Shown in pieces: positions 19,568 through 30,074 of a DNA stretch of 64,000 nucleotides. The notes below the pieces were generated by a model that worked only from the letters and a program-made list of their open reading frames with translations, was not told where the DNA came from and did not search any database. The stretch is from Labilithrix sp. GTDB lineage: Bacteria > Myxococcota_A > Polyangia > Polyangiales > Polyangiaceae. Where the stretch lies: NCBI GenBank assembly GCA_026128965.1, contig JAHCIY010000002.1:1808468-1872467 (forward strand), written 5' to 3'. Every line of letters begins with the position of its first letter. The stretch's first letter is position 1. The position numbers and the translations under genes are program-made.

Positions 19568-20821
19568 CTAGAAGAGGTGCTCGATCGCGAGCATCGTGGC
19601 GTGCATCTGGTGCTGCACGACGTCGATGCGGAGCGGCGACTCGGTCGCGTGGTTCTGCACGCCGCCGACGGCCTTCGGATCGTCGGTCGCGCCGAGCTTG
19701 TCGGCGCGCGGGTGACCGACCTGCCAGCCGAGCAGGTTCGAGAGGCCGCGATGGGTCGTGCAGGCGAGCTTGTCGGCGCGCGGGTCCTTCTTCGCCTTCG
19801 CCCAGGCGAGCGCGGAGACGATGCCCTCGTACGCGTAGCCGGTGTTCCGCGGCCGGCCGACGATCCGATGCACGTCGATGATCCAGTCGGCGAGGTCCAT
19901 CAGCCACTCGCCGTAGGGCGGCGCGTCGGGCGCCTCTCCCATCGCGGACGTCGCGAGCTCGTAGTACGCCATCGACGACCACTGGTAGTAGCCCTTCGTC
20001 GTCGCGGAGTCGGCGTTCTTCGCGCGCGCCTGCTCCACGTTCACGCGATGCCCCTCGATCGCAGCGCGCAGAATGACGGGCCGGAGATCGTCGCGGCCGT
20101 GGTACTTCATCGCGGTCACGAGTGCGAGGAGCGCTTCGCCGTCCGAATACGGGGAGTGCGCGCCGGCGCCCGCGCCCGTCTCGAACCTGTATTCGCCGGG
20201 CCACGTCCCGTCCTTGCGAATCGAGGTCGCGAGGAACCCGACGTACTCGTCGGCGCGCTTCGCCCAGCGCGGTCGCTCGACCTGGTCCGACGCCGGGAGG
20301 CTGCGGACGTAATCGAGGACCGCGAGCGTGACGAGCGCGGCGGTGCCGATCGGCGCGCTGCCGGTCGCGCCTCCGTCCGCGCCTCCGTCCTCGCCGGCGG
20401 GATACACGGGATAGCGCCAGCCGTCCTGCGTCGTGCGCGAGGCGTCGTCGAAGTAGGCGAGGCCCCGCCCGAGCGCGGCCTCGAGCTCGGGCGACGCCTT
20501 GTCCGCGCCCGCGAAGGCGTGGAGCAGGGAGAGCCCCCAGAGCGCGCCCGACTGGCGCGCGGAGTTGTCGTCGTTCGAATACTGCTTCGTCTTCCAGTCG
20601 TATTCGTAGTCGAAGTTCCCGGCCGGCTTCTGGTGCGCGATCATGAACTGGGTCCCGATCGCGACCGAGCGCTCCAGCTCCTCCTTCGTCACGCGCGCGC
20701 CGCACTCCTCTTCTTCGTTCGCGTCGGACACCTCCGGCTGTCCCCGGAAGCGTGAGCCCACCGCCACGCCGATCGCGAGCGCGATCCCGACGAAGACGAT
20801 GATCCGCCCGCGGGGAGTCAT
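19568..20821 (-). CDS. membrane-anchored hypothetical protein
   Basis: Start MTPRGRIIVFVGIALAIGVAVG is a signal anchor. The N-terminal 256 codons of the longer ORF look like antisense artefact. Confidence 0.55.
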   Translation of the reverse strand: MTPRGRIIVFVGIALAIGVAVGSRFRGQPEVSDANEEEECGARVTKEELERSVAIGTQFMIAHQKPAGNFDYEYDWKTKQYSNDDNSARQSGALWGLSLLHAFAGADKASPELEAALGRGLAYFDDASRTTQDGWRYPVYPAGEDGGADGGATGSAPIGTAALVTLAVLDYVRSLPASDQVERPRWAKRADEYVGFLATSIRKDGTWPGEYRFETGAGAGAHSPYSDGEALLALVTAMKYHGRDDLRPVILRAAIEGHRVNVEQARAKNADSATTKGYYQWSSMAYYELATSAMGEAPDAPPYGEWLMDLADWIIDVHRIVGRPRNTGYAYEGIVSALAWAKAKKDPRADKLACTTHRGLSNLLGWQVGHPRADKLGATDDPKAVGGVQNHATESPLRIDVVQHQMHATMLAIEHLF

Positions 20822-20950
20822 GGCGCCGGATTGTACCCGCATGCCGGACCACCTCGCACGCGAGCTGATCGAGTAACTTCCGTCACTTACGGCGCGTTCC
20901 GAGGCCTCCCACATTGGCATATGAGGTGCTCGTGTCTCTTCCAAGAGGAG

Positions 20951-21664
20951 ATGACGATGAAGACGCTCGCTACGACCCTGGCTCTCGGAACGTTCATGAC
21001 CTTCATGGCCGGCTGCGCCGGTACCGCCGACGAGCCGAACGCCGCGAGCGAGTCGAACATGACCGGCGCGCCGGAGGCCGCCGTGACCGTCACGACGAAG
21101 GAGATCCGATCGGCCAGCCCCGAGTGCCGGGTCGCGATCGACTGGCCGGTCGTCACGACGCCGAACGCGCAAGCGACGGCGGCGATCGCGAAGGTCCTCG
21201 CCGAGCCGGTGATCGCGGGCATCTGCGACGGCGCGGACGAAGAGCTGACGCTCGAGCAGGACGGCAGCTACACCGTGGAGCTCAACGAGGCCGGCCTCCT
21301 CTCGATCGCGATCGCGGAGAGCCACTTCATGAGCGGCATGAGCTCGATCGGCCACGCGTGGTACGCGCACACCTTCGACGTCGCGACCGGCGCGGAGCTG
21401 AAGCTCTCCGACGTCCTGACGGCGGAAGGCTTGAAGGCGGCGGAGGCCGACTGCAACGAGGGGCTCGGCGAGGACTTCTGCGCCGGCCGCTTCGAGACGA
21501 GCGAGACGGAGGAGGAGCTCGGCTTCCGCCCGCGCTTCTCGCTCCGCGAGGACGGCCTCGTGATCCTCGCGCGCGTCCCGGAGGAGCACGTCATCCCGTG
21601 GAGCAAGCTCCCCGCCTCGTCGCTGAAGCCCGGCCCCGTCGCCGCCTGGCGCGCGGGGAAGTGA
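20951..21664 (+). CDS. lipoprotein, DUF3298/DUF4163-like (RsiV/PdaC-associated domain family)
   Basis: MTMKTLATTLALGTFMTFMAGC lipobox. Motif pattern ESHFMSGMSSIGHAWYAHTFDVATGAELKLSDVL. Confidence 0.55.
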   Translation: MTMKTLATTLALGTFMTFMAGCAGTADEPNAASESNMTGAPEAAVTVTTKEIRSASPECRVAIDWPVVTTPNAQATAAIAKVLAEPVIAGICDGADEELTLEQDGSYTVELNEAGLLSIAIAESHFMSGMSSIGHAWYAHTFDVATGAELKLSDVLTAEGLKAAEADCNEGLGEDFCAGRFETSETEEELGFRPRFSLREDGLVILARVPEEHVIPWSKLPASSLKPGPVAAWRAGK

Positions 21665-22609
21665 TCAGCGCGCGAGCCGCCGGATCTCGTTGTCGGCGCT
21701 CCAGTAAATGAAGCGCGCGTCGATGCCGAGCTGGGTGAAGGTCGCGCCGTCGCCCTTCCCCTGGCCGGCGGCGAGCGTGACCACGTTGCGTCCGTCCGCG
21801 TCGATCCGCTCGAGCGTCCCCGATCGGTTGTTGGGCCAGTAGACGCGCCCCGCCTCGTCGATCACCATGCAGTTCGGGTTCTCCCGGTCGCGCGCGAGGG
21901 TCAGCGGGGGCGTCGTGCTCGGCGTGAGCGGCCGGCGGCGAAGCTCACCGGGCGGGCCGCCGCTCAGCGTGAAGAACACGTCCGTCGCCGTGACCGCGAC
22001 GCCCCACGGCCTCTGCACGCCGTCCTCCGATTCGAAGAGCGCCGCCGCCGTGCCGCCGGCGGCGAAGGGGAGGCGCATGATACGGTTTTTGGCGAAGTCA
22101 GCGACATAGACAAAACTGCCGTCTTTGTCGATGTCGAGACAGCCCACCACGCCCTCTCCGCCGCCGACCGCGTCGTGCGTCGTCAGTGTCATCCGGCGGA
22201 TCCCTTGCGGGTACGTGTAGAAGAGCACGTCGCCGCGGACCGCGAGCTGCCGCACCTCCTCGGAGACCATCTCTCGCGGCTCGCTGCCGTCGGCGGCGTT
22301 GACCCGGAACACCTTCTTCGACGTCGCGTTGACGTAATAGAGGAAGGGGCCGTCGACGGTGACGGCGCGGACCAGCTCGGTCGCCGGCAGCGCGAGGACG
22401 ACCTCCGGCGGACAGAGGCCGCCGTCGCAGCGAGGTTCGACGCCGGCCTCGGGCTCCGTCGTCGTCGTCGGCGGCGGCCTCGACACATCGCCGCCCGCGT
22501 CGCTCTCGCTCCGGACGCTCGCGACGCCGGTGAGATCGAGGCCGCACGCCACCGCGAGCGCGCTTGCGCCGCCGACCGCGCCGAACACCATCGCCGATCG
22601 TCTCTTCAT
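21665..22609 (-). CDS. beta-propeller repeat lipoprotein
   Basis: MKRRSAMVFGAVGGASALAVACG lipobox. Repeated VYW/FYT/VFFT blade-like segments. The upstream part of the 847-aa ORF is artefact. Confidence 0.6.
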   Translation of the reverse strand: MKRRSAMVFGAVGGASALAVACGLDLTGVASVRSESDAGGDVSRPPPTTTTEPEAGVEPRCDGGLCPPEVVLALPATELVRAVTVDGPFLYYVNATSKKVFRVNAADGSEPREMVSEEVRQLAVRGDVLFYTYPQGIRRMTLTTHDAVGGGEGVVGCLDIDKDGSFVYVADFAKNRIMRLPFAAGGTAAALFESEDGVQRPWGVAVTATDVFFTLSGGPPGELRRRPLTPSTTPPLTLARDRENPNCMVIDEAGRVYWPNNRSGTLERIDADGRNVVTLAAGQGKGDGATFTQLGIDARFIYWSADNEIRRLAR

Positions 22610-22658
22610 GAGCCTCGTGCGTCCGCTTCCGAGCGTATCTCGGATACGTTTCGCGCCA

Positions 22659-23215
22659 TGGCACGAATGTCGTTTGGGGCGGTGACGGTCGGGCGGCGTA
22701 CGGCGGTGGACGCTTGCTCCACGGTGGAGGCGCGCACGGTCGACGGCGCGCGGCTGGTCCTCCTCACCGCCGTGCAGGGGGAGCTCGCGACGCCGGCGCT
22801 GGAGGTCGTGAAGGGCACGTTCGCCAAGCTGGCGTGCGCGGACCAAGCCGGCGCCTCGAAGCTCGCGGCGCCGGGGCTTCCGCCGCAGCTCGCGAGCGGC
22901 GTGGCGGTCGTCCTCGTCGCCGGCGAGCGCGTGTTCGCCGCCGCGTCGGGCAACGCGCGTTGTTATCGCGAGCGCGCGGGGACGCTGAAGGCGCTCGCCG
23001 GCGCGTCCGACGTGATGCCGGGCGACGTCTTCGTCGCCGCGAGCCACCCCGACCTCACGACCGGTCGCGCGTTCCTCGGCGCCGGGACCGTCGCGCCGCC
23101 CGACGACACGTTCGACGACACGTTCCACAACGGCGGCCTCGACGACGCGCTCGACGCCGCCCTCGCGGGACACGCGACGCTCCTCTCCGTCGCCGCGGCG
23201 GCCGCGCCGAAGTAG
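22659..23215 (+). CDS. hypothetical protein
   Basis: ATG at 22659 inside longer ORF 22175-23215. Protein-like composition. Confidence 0.4.
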
Positions 23216-23224
23216 CGCCAGCGC

Positions 23225-24358
23225 GTGGCATCGATGTCGCGATCGCGGCGGTGGCTGATCCTGACGAGCGTCGTCGTCTTCGTCGTCCTCGTCGTGCCGC
23301 GTTGGACGGCGGGGGTGGGCGCCGGCGCGTACTTCGACGGAGAGCTCGCGGCGCAGGACGCGCTCGCGCAGACGGTCGTGAAGGGCGTCATGGAGCAGGA
23401 GGGGCCCACGGCGTACCAGACCGGCTTCGTCCGCTTCGACGGCCAGTCGACGATCGCGATCCATCAGATGGCGCTCCTCGGCCTCGGGCAGATCGTGCTC
23501 GACCACCCCGAGAAGCGCGAAGCGTACCTGCCGGCGATGCGCGCCGCGGCCGATCACCTCGCGGACCCCTCGGTGCTCGTCTACGCCGATCAGGTCTACG
23601 CCGCGGAGGGCGACCGAGCGTACGACGAGGGCCGCGCGTACCTCGGCTACACGAACCTCGGCCTCGGCATGCTTCGCATGATCGACCCTGATGGCCCGCA
23701 CGCGCCGCTCCACGATCGGATCACCGCCGACCTCACGCGCCGGATCGCGGCGTCGAAGCACGGGATGATCGAGACGTACCCGGGCGAGACGTGGCCGCCC
23801 GACGTCGCCGCCGTCGTCGGCTCGATCGGCCTTCACGCGCGCGCGACGAAGACGGACCGCTCCGAGCTCCTCGCGCGGTGGGCGGAGACGTTCGAGCGGT
23901 GCGCGCTTCACGGTAAGACCGGCCTCCTCTTCCAGCGCATGACGTCGGGGAGCTGCGAGGCGGTCGACGCTCCGCGCGGCTCCGGCACCGCGATCGCGTC
24001 GTATTTCCTCTCGTTCGCGACGCCCGTGCTCGCGCGAAGGCTCTACGACGCGCTGGTCGCCGAGCTCTGGGTCGACGTGCTCGGCTTCGGCGGCGTGCGC
24101 GAGTATGCGTCGGGGTTCACGGGCGAGGGCGACGTCAACGCGGGCCCGATCCTCTTCGGCGTCTCGGTCGGCGCGACGGGCTTCGCGATCGCGGCGACGA
24201 GGACGCACGGCGACCGCGCGCGCTTCCGCGGGCTCTATCGATCGACGAGCCTCTTCGGCGTCCCCACGAGCGTCGACGGCCGCACGGCCTTCGCGGCCGG
24301 CGGCGTCCTCGGCAACGCGCTCCTCCTCGCCATGCTCACCGCGAGGCCACTCCGATGA
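23225..24358 (+). CDS. membrane-anchored hypothetical protein
   Basis: N-terminal TM helix (WLILTSVVVFVVLVV) followed by a soluble domain. Confidence 0.6.
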   Translation: MASMSRSRRWLILTSVVVFVVLVVPRWTAGVGAGAYFDGELAAQDALAQTVVKGVMEQEGPTAYQTGFVRFDGQSTIAIHQMALLGLGQIVLDHPEKREAYLPAMRAAADHLADPSVLVYADQVYAAEGDRAYDEGRAYLGYTNLGLGMLRMIDPDGPHAPLHDRITADLTRRIAASKHGMIETYPGETWPPDVAAVVGSIGLHARATKTDRSELLARWAETFERCALHGKTGLLFQRMTSGSCEAVDAPRGSGTAIASYFLSFATPVLARRLYDALVAELWVDVLGFGGVREYASGFTGEGDVNAGPILFGVSVGATGFAIAATRTHGDRARFRGLYRSTSLFGVPTSVDGRTAFAAGGVLGNALLLAMLTARPLR

Positions 24359-24401
24359 GCCGACGCCACGCCCTCACGCCGCTGACCGCGAGGCCGCCCC
24401 G

Positions 24402-24641
24402 ATGAGCCGCCGCCACGTCGGGTGGGCGGTGGTGCTCGCGGGCCTCGTGCTCGCGTACGTGCTGCTCGCGCGGCGGCTCGCCGTGCTCGATCCGATCGCG
24501 GAGATGATCCTCGGCCGCGAGGGATCGATCGTCCCGCTCGCGGCGATCGTGCTCGTCCTCCGGTTCGTGCTCATCGTGGTGGCGCCGGCGCTCGTGGCGA
24601 TGCTCGTCGCCCGCGCCGTCCTCGACGCGCGGGCGCGCTGA
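24402..24641 (+). CDS. small two-TM membrane protein
   Basis: MSRRHVGWAVVLAGLVLAYVLL ... IVLVLRFVLIVVAPALVAMLVA. Confidence 0.4.
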   Translation: MSRRHVGWAVVLAGLVLAYVLLARRLAVLDPIAEMILGREGSIVPLAAIVLVLRFVLIVVAPALVAMLVARAVLDARAR

Positions 24642-24697
24642 CGCAGATGAGGCTCTCGTAGGGCGGTCGCGTTTCCTCGGGTACGCTGACGTCGACC

Positions 24698-25165
24698 ATG
24701 AGACGAGCGATGACACTCCTGATCGTGAGCTTCGGTCTCCTCGCCTGCCGCGAGCCCGCGCCGCCGCAGGCCGACGCGGTCGATCCGGCGTGCCGCAAGG
24801 CCGAAGGCATCTCGCCGGGGACGCGCCTCGCGGCCGCGACCGACGACGCGACCCCTCGCTTCGCGATCAAGGTGCGAGGACCGGGCGAGATCGGCCTCGC
24901 CGGCTTCATCAAGAAGCACAGCGTGACGATCATCGATCTCGCGACGAGCCAGGTCGCGGCGCACGCGACGACGGAGGTTTGCCGCGCGAGCTTCGTGACG
25001 TTGCCCACGGAGGCGGGCGGCTACGGCGAATACTGCGTCGTCATCGATCCGCTCGAGAAGCAAGGTTACTCCACCTTCGATCTCGGCTTCTCGAGCCAGC
25101 CGCACACCGCCGTCGACGCCGGCGTCAGCGATCCCGCCGCGGACCCCTGCGGCGAAGGAGGCTGA
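24698..25165 (+). CDS. hypothetical lipoprotein
   Basis: MRRAMTLLIVSFGLLAC lipobox. Confidence 0.55.
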   Translation: MRRAMTLLIVSFGLLACREPAPPQADAVDPACRKAEGISPGTRLAAATDDATPRFAIKVRGPGEIGLAGFIKKHSVTIIDLATSQVAAHATTEVCRASFVTLPTEAGGYGEYCVVIDPLEKQGYSTFDLGFSSQPHTAVDAGVSDPAADPCGEGG

Positions 25166-26648
25166 CCGCGAGCGCGAGGCCGCCGAGCGTACCCTTGCGG
25201 CGGCGTGCGCCGAGCGCGGCCGCGAGCGCGAGGCCGCCGAGCGCGGCGAGCGTCGGCTCCGTTCCGTTTCGCCGGCCCGCCGCGCGGCAGCCGCAGCCTT
25301 CGTCCGCGGTCCCCGCGGCGCCGTCGGACTCGTCGTCTCCGTCGGCGTCGGGGCGCGGCTTGGTCTCGTTCGCGCCGTCGCCGGTCACGTGGAACGTGAG
25401 CTCCGGCATGTCGGGATCGTTCGACGTGACCTTGATCGTCGCGTCGGCGCGGCCGAGCGCGCTCGGGCGGAAGACGACGTCGAGCGCGCGCTCGGACTTG
25501 GGCGCGATCTCGATCGGCGCGCTCGGCACCTCGAAGAGCGGGTCGTCGCTCTCGAGCCGCACGACGAGCGGCGCCTCGCCGGTGTTCGTCGCGATCGCGG
25601 GGACGCGTCCCTCGGTCCCGACCTTCACGAACGCGCCGTCGGTCTCGCGGACGATGCGGCTCATGTTGGGGAGCGGGATGTGGACCGTCTTGTGCTCGAA
25701 CACGTACCGCTGCGCCTCGGTCTCGAAGTGCTTCCGCACCTTCACGCTGCTGAAGGTGATCGTCGCGGGTGGGTTGAACTGCATGTCGCCGATGTTCGCG
25801 AGCGTCGCGGCGGGCAGCACGTCGAGGTCGCCGCTCGCCGAGAGCTCGCCCTCGATCGTCGCCGGCAGATCGAGGTAGTCGTGATCGCCGGGCGGGAAGG
25901 GGAGCTGCACCTTCGAGGTCTCGTGGAGCTCGACGCCGCTCACCATCACCTTCGTCGTCCGGTAGACGACGGTCGGCGAGGCTTGCGCGTGGAGCGAGAG
26001 CGTGCCGCGCGTGACGTTGCCGATCACGTCGGCGAGCTGGTCGAGCTGCACCGAGAGGAGCTGCGCGTCGGCGAGCGGCGGCGCGGGGACGGTGACGGAG
26101 GCCTTGCCGAACCCCCAGCCCGCGAACGACGCACGCGCGGACGCTTCGTAGTCGAACTTCGCGCCTGGGATCATCTGGACGAGGCGCGTCGCGGGGAAGG
26201 TGAAGCCTCGTTCGAATGGGCCGATGTCGACGTAGAGCTCGACCTGCGGCGTGAGCGTGTGCCGCACGGCGAGCGTGCTGTCGGCGGTGCTGCCCGACGC
26301 CAGCGTGAGCTCGAGCCGAGAGGAGTCCGGCCACGCAGCGACGACAGTGGCGCTCCGCCCGAGCGACGCGGTGAAGAGATCGTCACTCGCCGCGGTCGCG
26401 GTGAGCGCGACGTTCGCGCGGACCTGGAGCCCCTTGTTGCAGTGCTCCCGCCCCTTGTCGCACGACGGCATCCACCCCGTATCGATCTCGGTGCGAAGCG
26501 GCTCTTTCCCGTTCAGCACCATCTCCGCATGCCCCGCCGAACACCGCGCCTCCACACAATCCGTTCCAGCCAGAGCAGATCCCTCCACCCCGCACACCCC
26601 TCCCCCAACGACAAACGCAACCGTCAACCCATTGAGATAGCTACGCAT
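25125..26648 (-). CDS. secreted protein with MYXO-CTERM-like C-terminal sorting signal
   Basis: N-terminal signal peptide (MRSYLNGLTVAFVVGGGVCG). C-terminus DEGCGCRAAG...LAALGGLALAAALGARRRK is a Cys motif + TM + basic tail. Confidence 0.7.
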   Translation of the reverse strand: MRSYLNGLTVAFVVGGGVCGVEGSALAGTDCVEARCSAGHAEMVLNGKEPLRTEIDTGWMPSCDKGREHCNKGLQVRANVALTATAASDDLFTASLGRSATVVAAWPDSSRLELTLASGSTADSTLAVRHTLTPQVELYVDIGPFERGFTFPATRLVQMIPGAKFDYEASARASFAGWGFGKASVTVPAPPLADAQLLSVQLDQLADVIGNVTRGTLSLHAQASPTVVYRTTKVMVSGVELHETSKVQLPFPPGDHDYLDLPATIEGELSASGDLDVLPAATLANIGDMQFNPPATITFSSVKVRKHFETEAQRYVFEHKTVHIPLPNMSRIVRETDGAFVKVGTEGRVPAIATNTGEAPLVVRLESDDPLFEVPSAPIEIAPKSERALDVVFRPSALGRADATIKVTSNDPDMPELTFHVTGDGANETKPRPDADGDDESDGAAGTADEGCGCRAAGRRNGTEPTLAALGGLALAAALGARRRKGTLGGLALAVSLLRRRGPRRDR

Positions 26649-26784
26649 TTTCTCCTCCGCCCACTCGGTGGGTGCAGGTAGGAGTAGCAGCCACTCGTCG
26701 CCCCACAACGAATTTATTTAATTTTAAATAAATTGAGACGCGCCCGCCACGACGATCCACCCACCACCACGGTCGGAGGGGGCG

Positions 26785-26950
26785 ACCGTGCATGTGGAGT
26801 CGAGCCACTCGCCGCCGCGCGGTCGGAGGGGAGGGACGCATGACCGTGCATGTGGAGTCGAGCCACTCGCCGCCGCGCGGTCGGAGGGGAGGACGCATGA
26901 CCGTGCATGTGGAGTCGAGCCACTCGTGGTCGGGAGGAAAGAGACGCATC
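26785..26950. repeat. 57-bp tandem repeat x3
   Basis: Unit gaccgtgcatgtggagtcgagccactcgccgccgcgcggtcggaggggagg(g)acgcat begins at 26785, 26842 and 26899. The third copy has diverged. Confidence 0.8.
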
Positions 26951-27252
26951 GCCGCGCGGTCGTCAGGGAGCCTTGTTCCGGGCTGGGCGTGAGGCGCATC
27001 CAAACGCGGGAGGTTGGGGGCGCGCGGAAGAGGGCTGGGCGGGGCTGGATGTGGTCGTGATGCGTAGCGAAAAGGCAGATCCTCGCGACGCCGCATACCG
27101 AAGGCGTTGCAGCAGGCTGGAGCGTCGTGCGCGCCTAAAGAAAGCTCGTGGACGTCGCGTCGCGCAGTGCCTTGCCGTGTCGTGGGGGCGGCGCCTGATG
27201 AGGCCGGGTGTGCCGCTCCGCGTGCGCGCGGGGTCGATGCTATTTCTGCGTG

Positions 27253-28620
27253 ATGGCGTGGCTGCACGATGTCGTCGATCGGCATGCGCGGGAGCGGGCG
27301 GATGCGATCGCGCTCGTGTGTGGGCAGGGTGGGGAGCGGATCACGTACCGCGCGCTCGCGGAGAGGACGCGGGGGCTCGCGGGGTGGCTCGCGCGCAGCG
27401 ACGTGGGGCCCGGCGATCGCGTCGCGGTCGTCGCCGATGCGGCGCCGTGGGTCTTCGAGCTGCTCGTCGCGTGCTCGCGGCGCGGGGCGATCCTCGCGCC
27501 GCTCAACCCGCGGTTGCCGAAGCCCGAGCTCGACTCCATCCTCGCCGTCGCCGAGCCGCGCCTCGTCCTCGGCGCCCGGCCCGCCGCCGTGGACGTCGAG
27601 CCAAGAACCGAGGCGACCTCGCCGCGGGCGTCCCTCGTCCTCCTGTTCACCTCCGGATCGACCGGGAAACCGAAGGGGGCGCTCCTCACGCACGAGAACC
27701 TCCTCGCCAACGCGCGGAGCACGGCGCGGGCGTGGGACCTCTCCGCCGCCGACGTCGCCGTCGCCGACGCGCCGCTCTTCCATACCGGTGGGCTCAACGT
27801 GCTCGCGACGCCGCTGCTCGTCCTCGGCGGCACCGTCGTCGTGACGCCTCGCTTCGACGCGCGCGTGTCGCTCGACGCGATGGCGCGTGAAGGCGCGACC
27901 GTCGCCTTCGGTGTCCCGCAGATGCTCGAGCGGCTCGCGGCGCTCGGCGCGCCCGACGCCGCGCCGTCGGTGCGGCTCTGGCTCGTCGGCGGCGCGCCGT
28001 GCCCCGCGCGCGTCGCCGACGCGTTCGGCGACCGCCTCGTCGTCGGGTTCGGCATGACGGAGTGCGGGCCGAACTGCTTCCGCCCCGTCTCGCTCCCGGC
28101 GCGTCGCGACGTCGTCGGCGTCCCCACGTTCGACCTCGAGGCCACGCTCGCCCCCGACGGCGAGCTGCTCCTCCGCGGACCTCACGTCTTCGCCGGTTAC
28201 TTCCGCGACGACGACGCGACGCGCGCCGCGTTCACCGACGACGGGTGGCTCCGCACCGGCGACGTGCTCGACGCGTCGCCCGACGGCTGGCGCGTCGTCG
28301 GGCGAACGAAGGAGCTCTTCATCAGCGGCGGCGAGAACGTCTACCCCGCCGAGGTGGAGCGCGTGCTCGCCGCGCATCCGCAGGTGCTCGCGTGCGCGGT
28401 CGTCGGCGTCCCCGACGAGACGTGGGGCGAGGCCGGCGTCGCCTTCGTCGTCGCCGACGACGCCCCGCCCGAGGCGCTCCGCGCGTTCGTGCGCAAGCAC
28501 CTCGCCGCGTTCAAGGTCCCGCGCGAGGTCCGCCTCGTCGACGAGCTGCCGCGCACGCCGTCGGGGAAGGTCGATCGCCGCGCCCTCGTCGCCCGCGCGA
28601 CGCGCCGGCCACGTTCGTAG
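27253..28620 (+). CDS. AMP-dependent synthetase/ligase (acyl/aryl-CoA ligase family)
   Basis: LLFTSGSTGKPKGALLTHENL is the AMP-binding motif. GYFRDDDATRAAFTDDGWLRTGD, ISGGENVYPAEVE and PRTPSGKVDR are also present. Confidence 0.85.
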   Translation: MAWLHDVVDRHARERADAIALVCGQGGERITYRALAERTRGLAGWLARSDVGPGDRVAVVADAAPWVFELLVACSRRGAILAPLNPRLPKPELDSILAVAEPRLVLGARPAAVDVEPRTEATSPRASLVLLFTSGSTGKPKGALLTHENLLANARSTARAWDLSAADVAVADAPLFHTGGLNVLATPLLVLGGTVVVTPRFDARVSLDAMAREGATVAFGVPQMLERLAALGAPDAAPSVRLWLVGGAPCPARVADAFGDRLVVGFGMTECGPNCFRPVSLPARRDVVGVPTFDLEATLAPDGELLLRGPHVFAGYFRDDDATRAAFTDDGWLRTGDVLDASPDGWRVVGRTKELFISGGENVYPAEVERVLAAHPQVLACAVVGVPDETWGEAGVAFVVADDAPPEALRAFVRKHLAAFKVPREVRLVDELPRTPSGKVDRRALVARATRRPRS

Positions 28621-28704
28621 CGCCAAGCCAAGCCGCGCCCGCTTCTTCGCGTGAGCCTGCAGCGGTCGTAGCGGCCGCGCGTGCGCCATGGTACGGCGGC
28701 GCCC

Positions 28705-30072
28705 ATGCGCCGCGTGCTCGCCGGAGTCGCCCTCGTCTCGTCCGCCGTCGCTTGCTCGAACGTCGACGTCGATCGGGCCCCCGCCGAGGCCGAAGCCGCC
28801 GTCACCGAGCCCGTCTCGATCTGCCCCGCGCCGCGCGCCGGATCGAACACCGGCTACCAGGCGGGCGGACAGACGCGGAGCTTCGAGCTCCTCCTCCCGC
28901 CGCCGAGCTTCACCGGGCCGCGGCCGCTCCTCATCGCCTTCCACGGCACCGGCGAGACCGGTCGCTCGTTCGTCCACCGCGCGCGCCTCGCGGAGTGGGC
29001 GGCGCGCGGCGTCATCGTCGTCGCGCCCGACGCGGTCGGCAACGGTAGCGTGTGGCCGGTCTGGGACGGCATGCACCTCCCCGGCGCGCCCGCCCTCCCG
29101 AACGCGGACCTCGCGCTCGTCGACTCGCTCCGCGCGTGCGTCGGCGCGCACTTCTCCGTCGACGCGGCGCGCGTCTACGCCGGCGGACACTCGGCGGGCG
29201 GCATCTTCACGAACCACGTCCTCCGGATGCGCTCGGACGTGTTCGCCGGCGGCGTCGTCGCGTCGGGCGTCTTCGACTTCACCGAGCCCGTCGCCCGCTC
29301 GGCGCTCGGCGCGATGACCGTCATCGTCACGTGGGGCGGCGACAACGACGGCTTCGGCGGCTGGGATCCCGTCACCGGCGTCGGCGCGTCCGGCTTCACC
29401 TTCGTCGAGCAAGCCGCGATGGCGTCGCAGTACTTCGCGCGCGAGCCGAACGTCGCCCAGGCCTGGTGCCGCGGCGACGATCTCGGTCACGTCTGGCTGC
29501 CGATGAACGGCTGGCTCATGGACGTCCTCCTCGCGCGTCCGAAGGGCACGAGCTCCGCGCTCGCGCTGCCGCCCGTCCCCGCGAGCGCGGGATCCACGTG
29601 CGCGAGCTCCGCGTTCGCGCTGCCGGCGCCGGTGGCGACGACGTGCGCGCCGGTCGCGCAGGCGGGCTGCAAGGAGATGTGCCAGCTCTTCGCGGACTGC
29701 GCGGTCGCGAACAAGAGCGTCGGCACCGCGCTCGCGGGCGAGCTCGACGCGATCGGCCTCGCGCCCGGGAGCTGCGGCGGCTGCACCGCGCGCTGCGACG
29801 CCCACGCGACGACGCCCGACGACGACGCCGTGCTCGCGTGCTTCGCGGCGCGGAGCAAGGCGACGACGTGCGGCCCCGGCCTCGCCGGAGGATTGCCCGT
29901 CTTTGACGATTTTGCTGCATGCTGCAACCCGCACCCCGGCTCGCAGGTGTGCGCCGACCTCTGCGCCACGTTCGGCGACAGCACGCTCTCCGCGTTCGTC
30001 CCGATCTGCCCGCGGACCACGCGGTCGGGCCCGCCGACCGCCGCGCTCTTCGAGTCAGGCCTGCGACCGTGA
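28705..30072 (+). CDS. esterase (PHB-depolymerase/feruloyl-esterase-like alpha/beta hydrolase) lipoprotein with Cys-rich C-terminal module
   Basis: MRRVLAGVALVSSAVAC lipobox. GGHSAGG nucleophile motif. More than 20 Cys in the C-terminal 170 aa. Confidence 0.75.
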   Translation: MRRVLAGVALVSSAVACSNVDVDRAPAEAEAAVTEPVSICPAPRAGSNTGYQAGGQTRSFELLLPPPSFTGPRPLLIAFHGTGETGRSFVHRARLAEWAARGVIVVAPDAVGNGSVWPVWDGMHLPGAPALPNADLALVDSLRACVGAHFSVDAARVYAGGHSAGGIFTNHVLRMRSDVFAGGVVASGVFDFTEPVARSALGAMTVIVTWGGDNDGFGGWDPVTGVGASGFTFVEQAAMASQYFAREPNVAQAWCRGDDLGHVWLPMNGWLMDVLLARPKGTSSALALPPVPASAGSTCASSAFALPAPVATTCAPVAQAGCKEMCQLFADCAVANKSVGTALAGELDAIGLAPGSCGGCTARCDAHATTPDDDAVLACFAARSKATTCGPGLAGGLPVFDDFAACCNPHPGSQVCADLCATFGDSTLSAFVPICPRTTRSGPPTAALFESGLRP

Positions 30073-30074
30073 AC

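Noticed and set aside
21665-24208. 847-aa minus ORF
   Set aside because: Only the C-terminal 314 aa (from the lipobox Met at 22609) form a credible protein. The remainder is antisense to plus-strand genes 22659-24358.
26641-29934. 1097-aa minus ORF
   Set aside because: Antisense to the AMP-ligase and esterase genes, which have unambiguous motifs on the plus strand.
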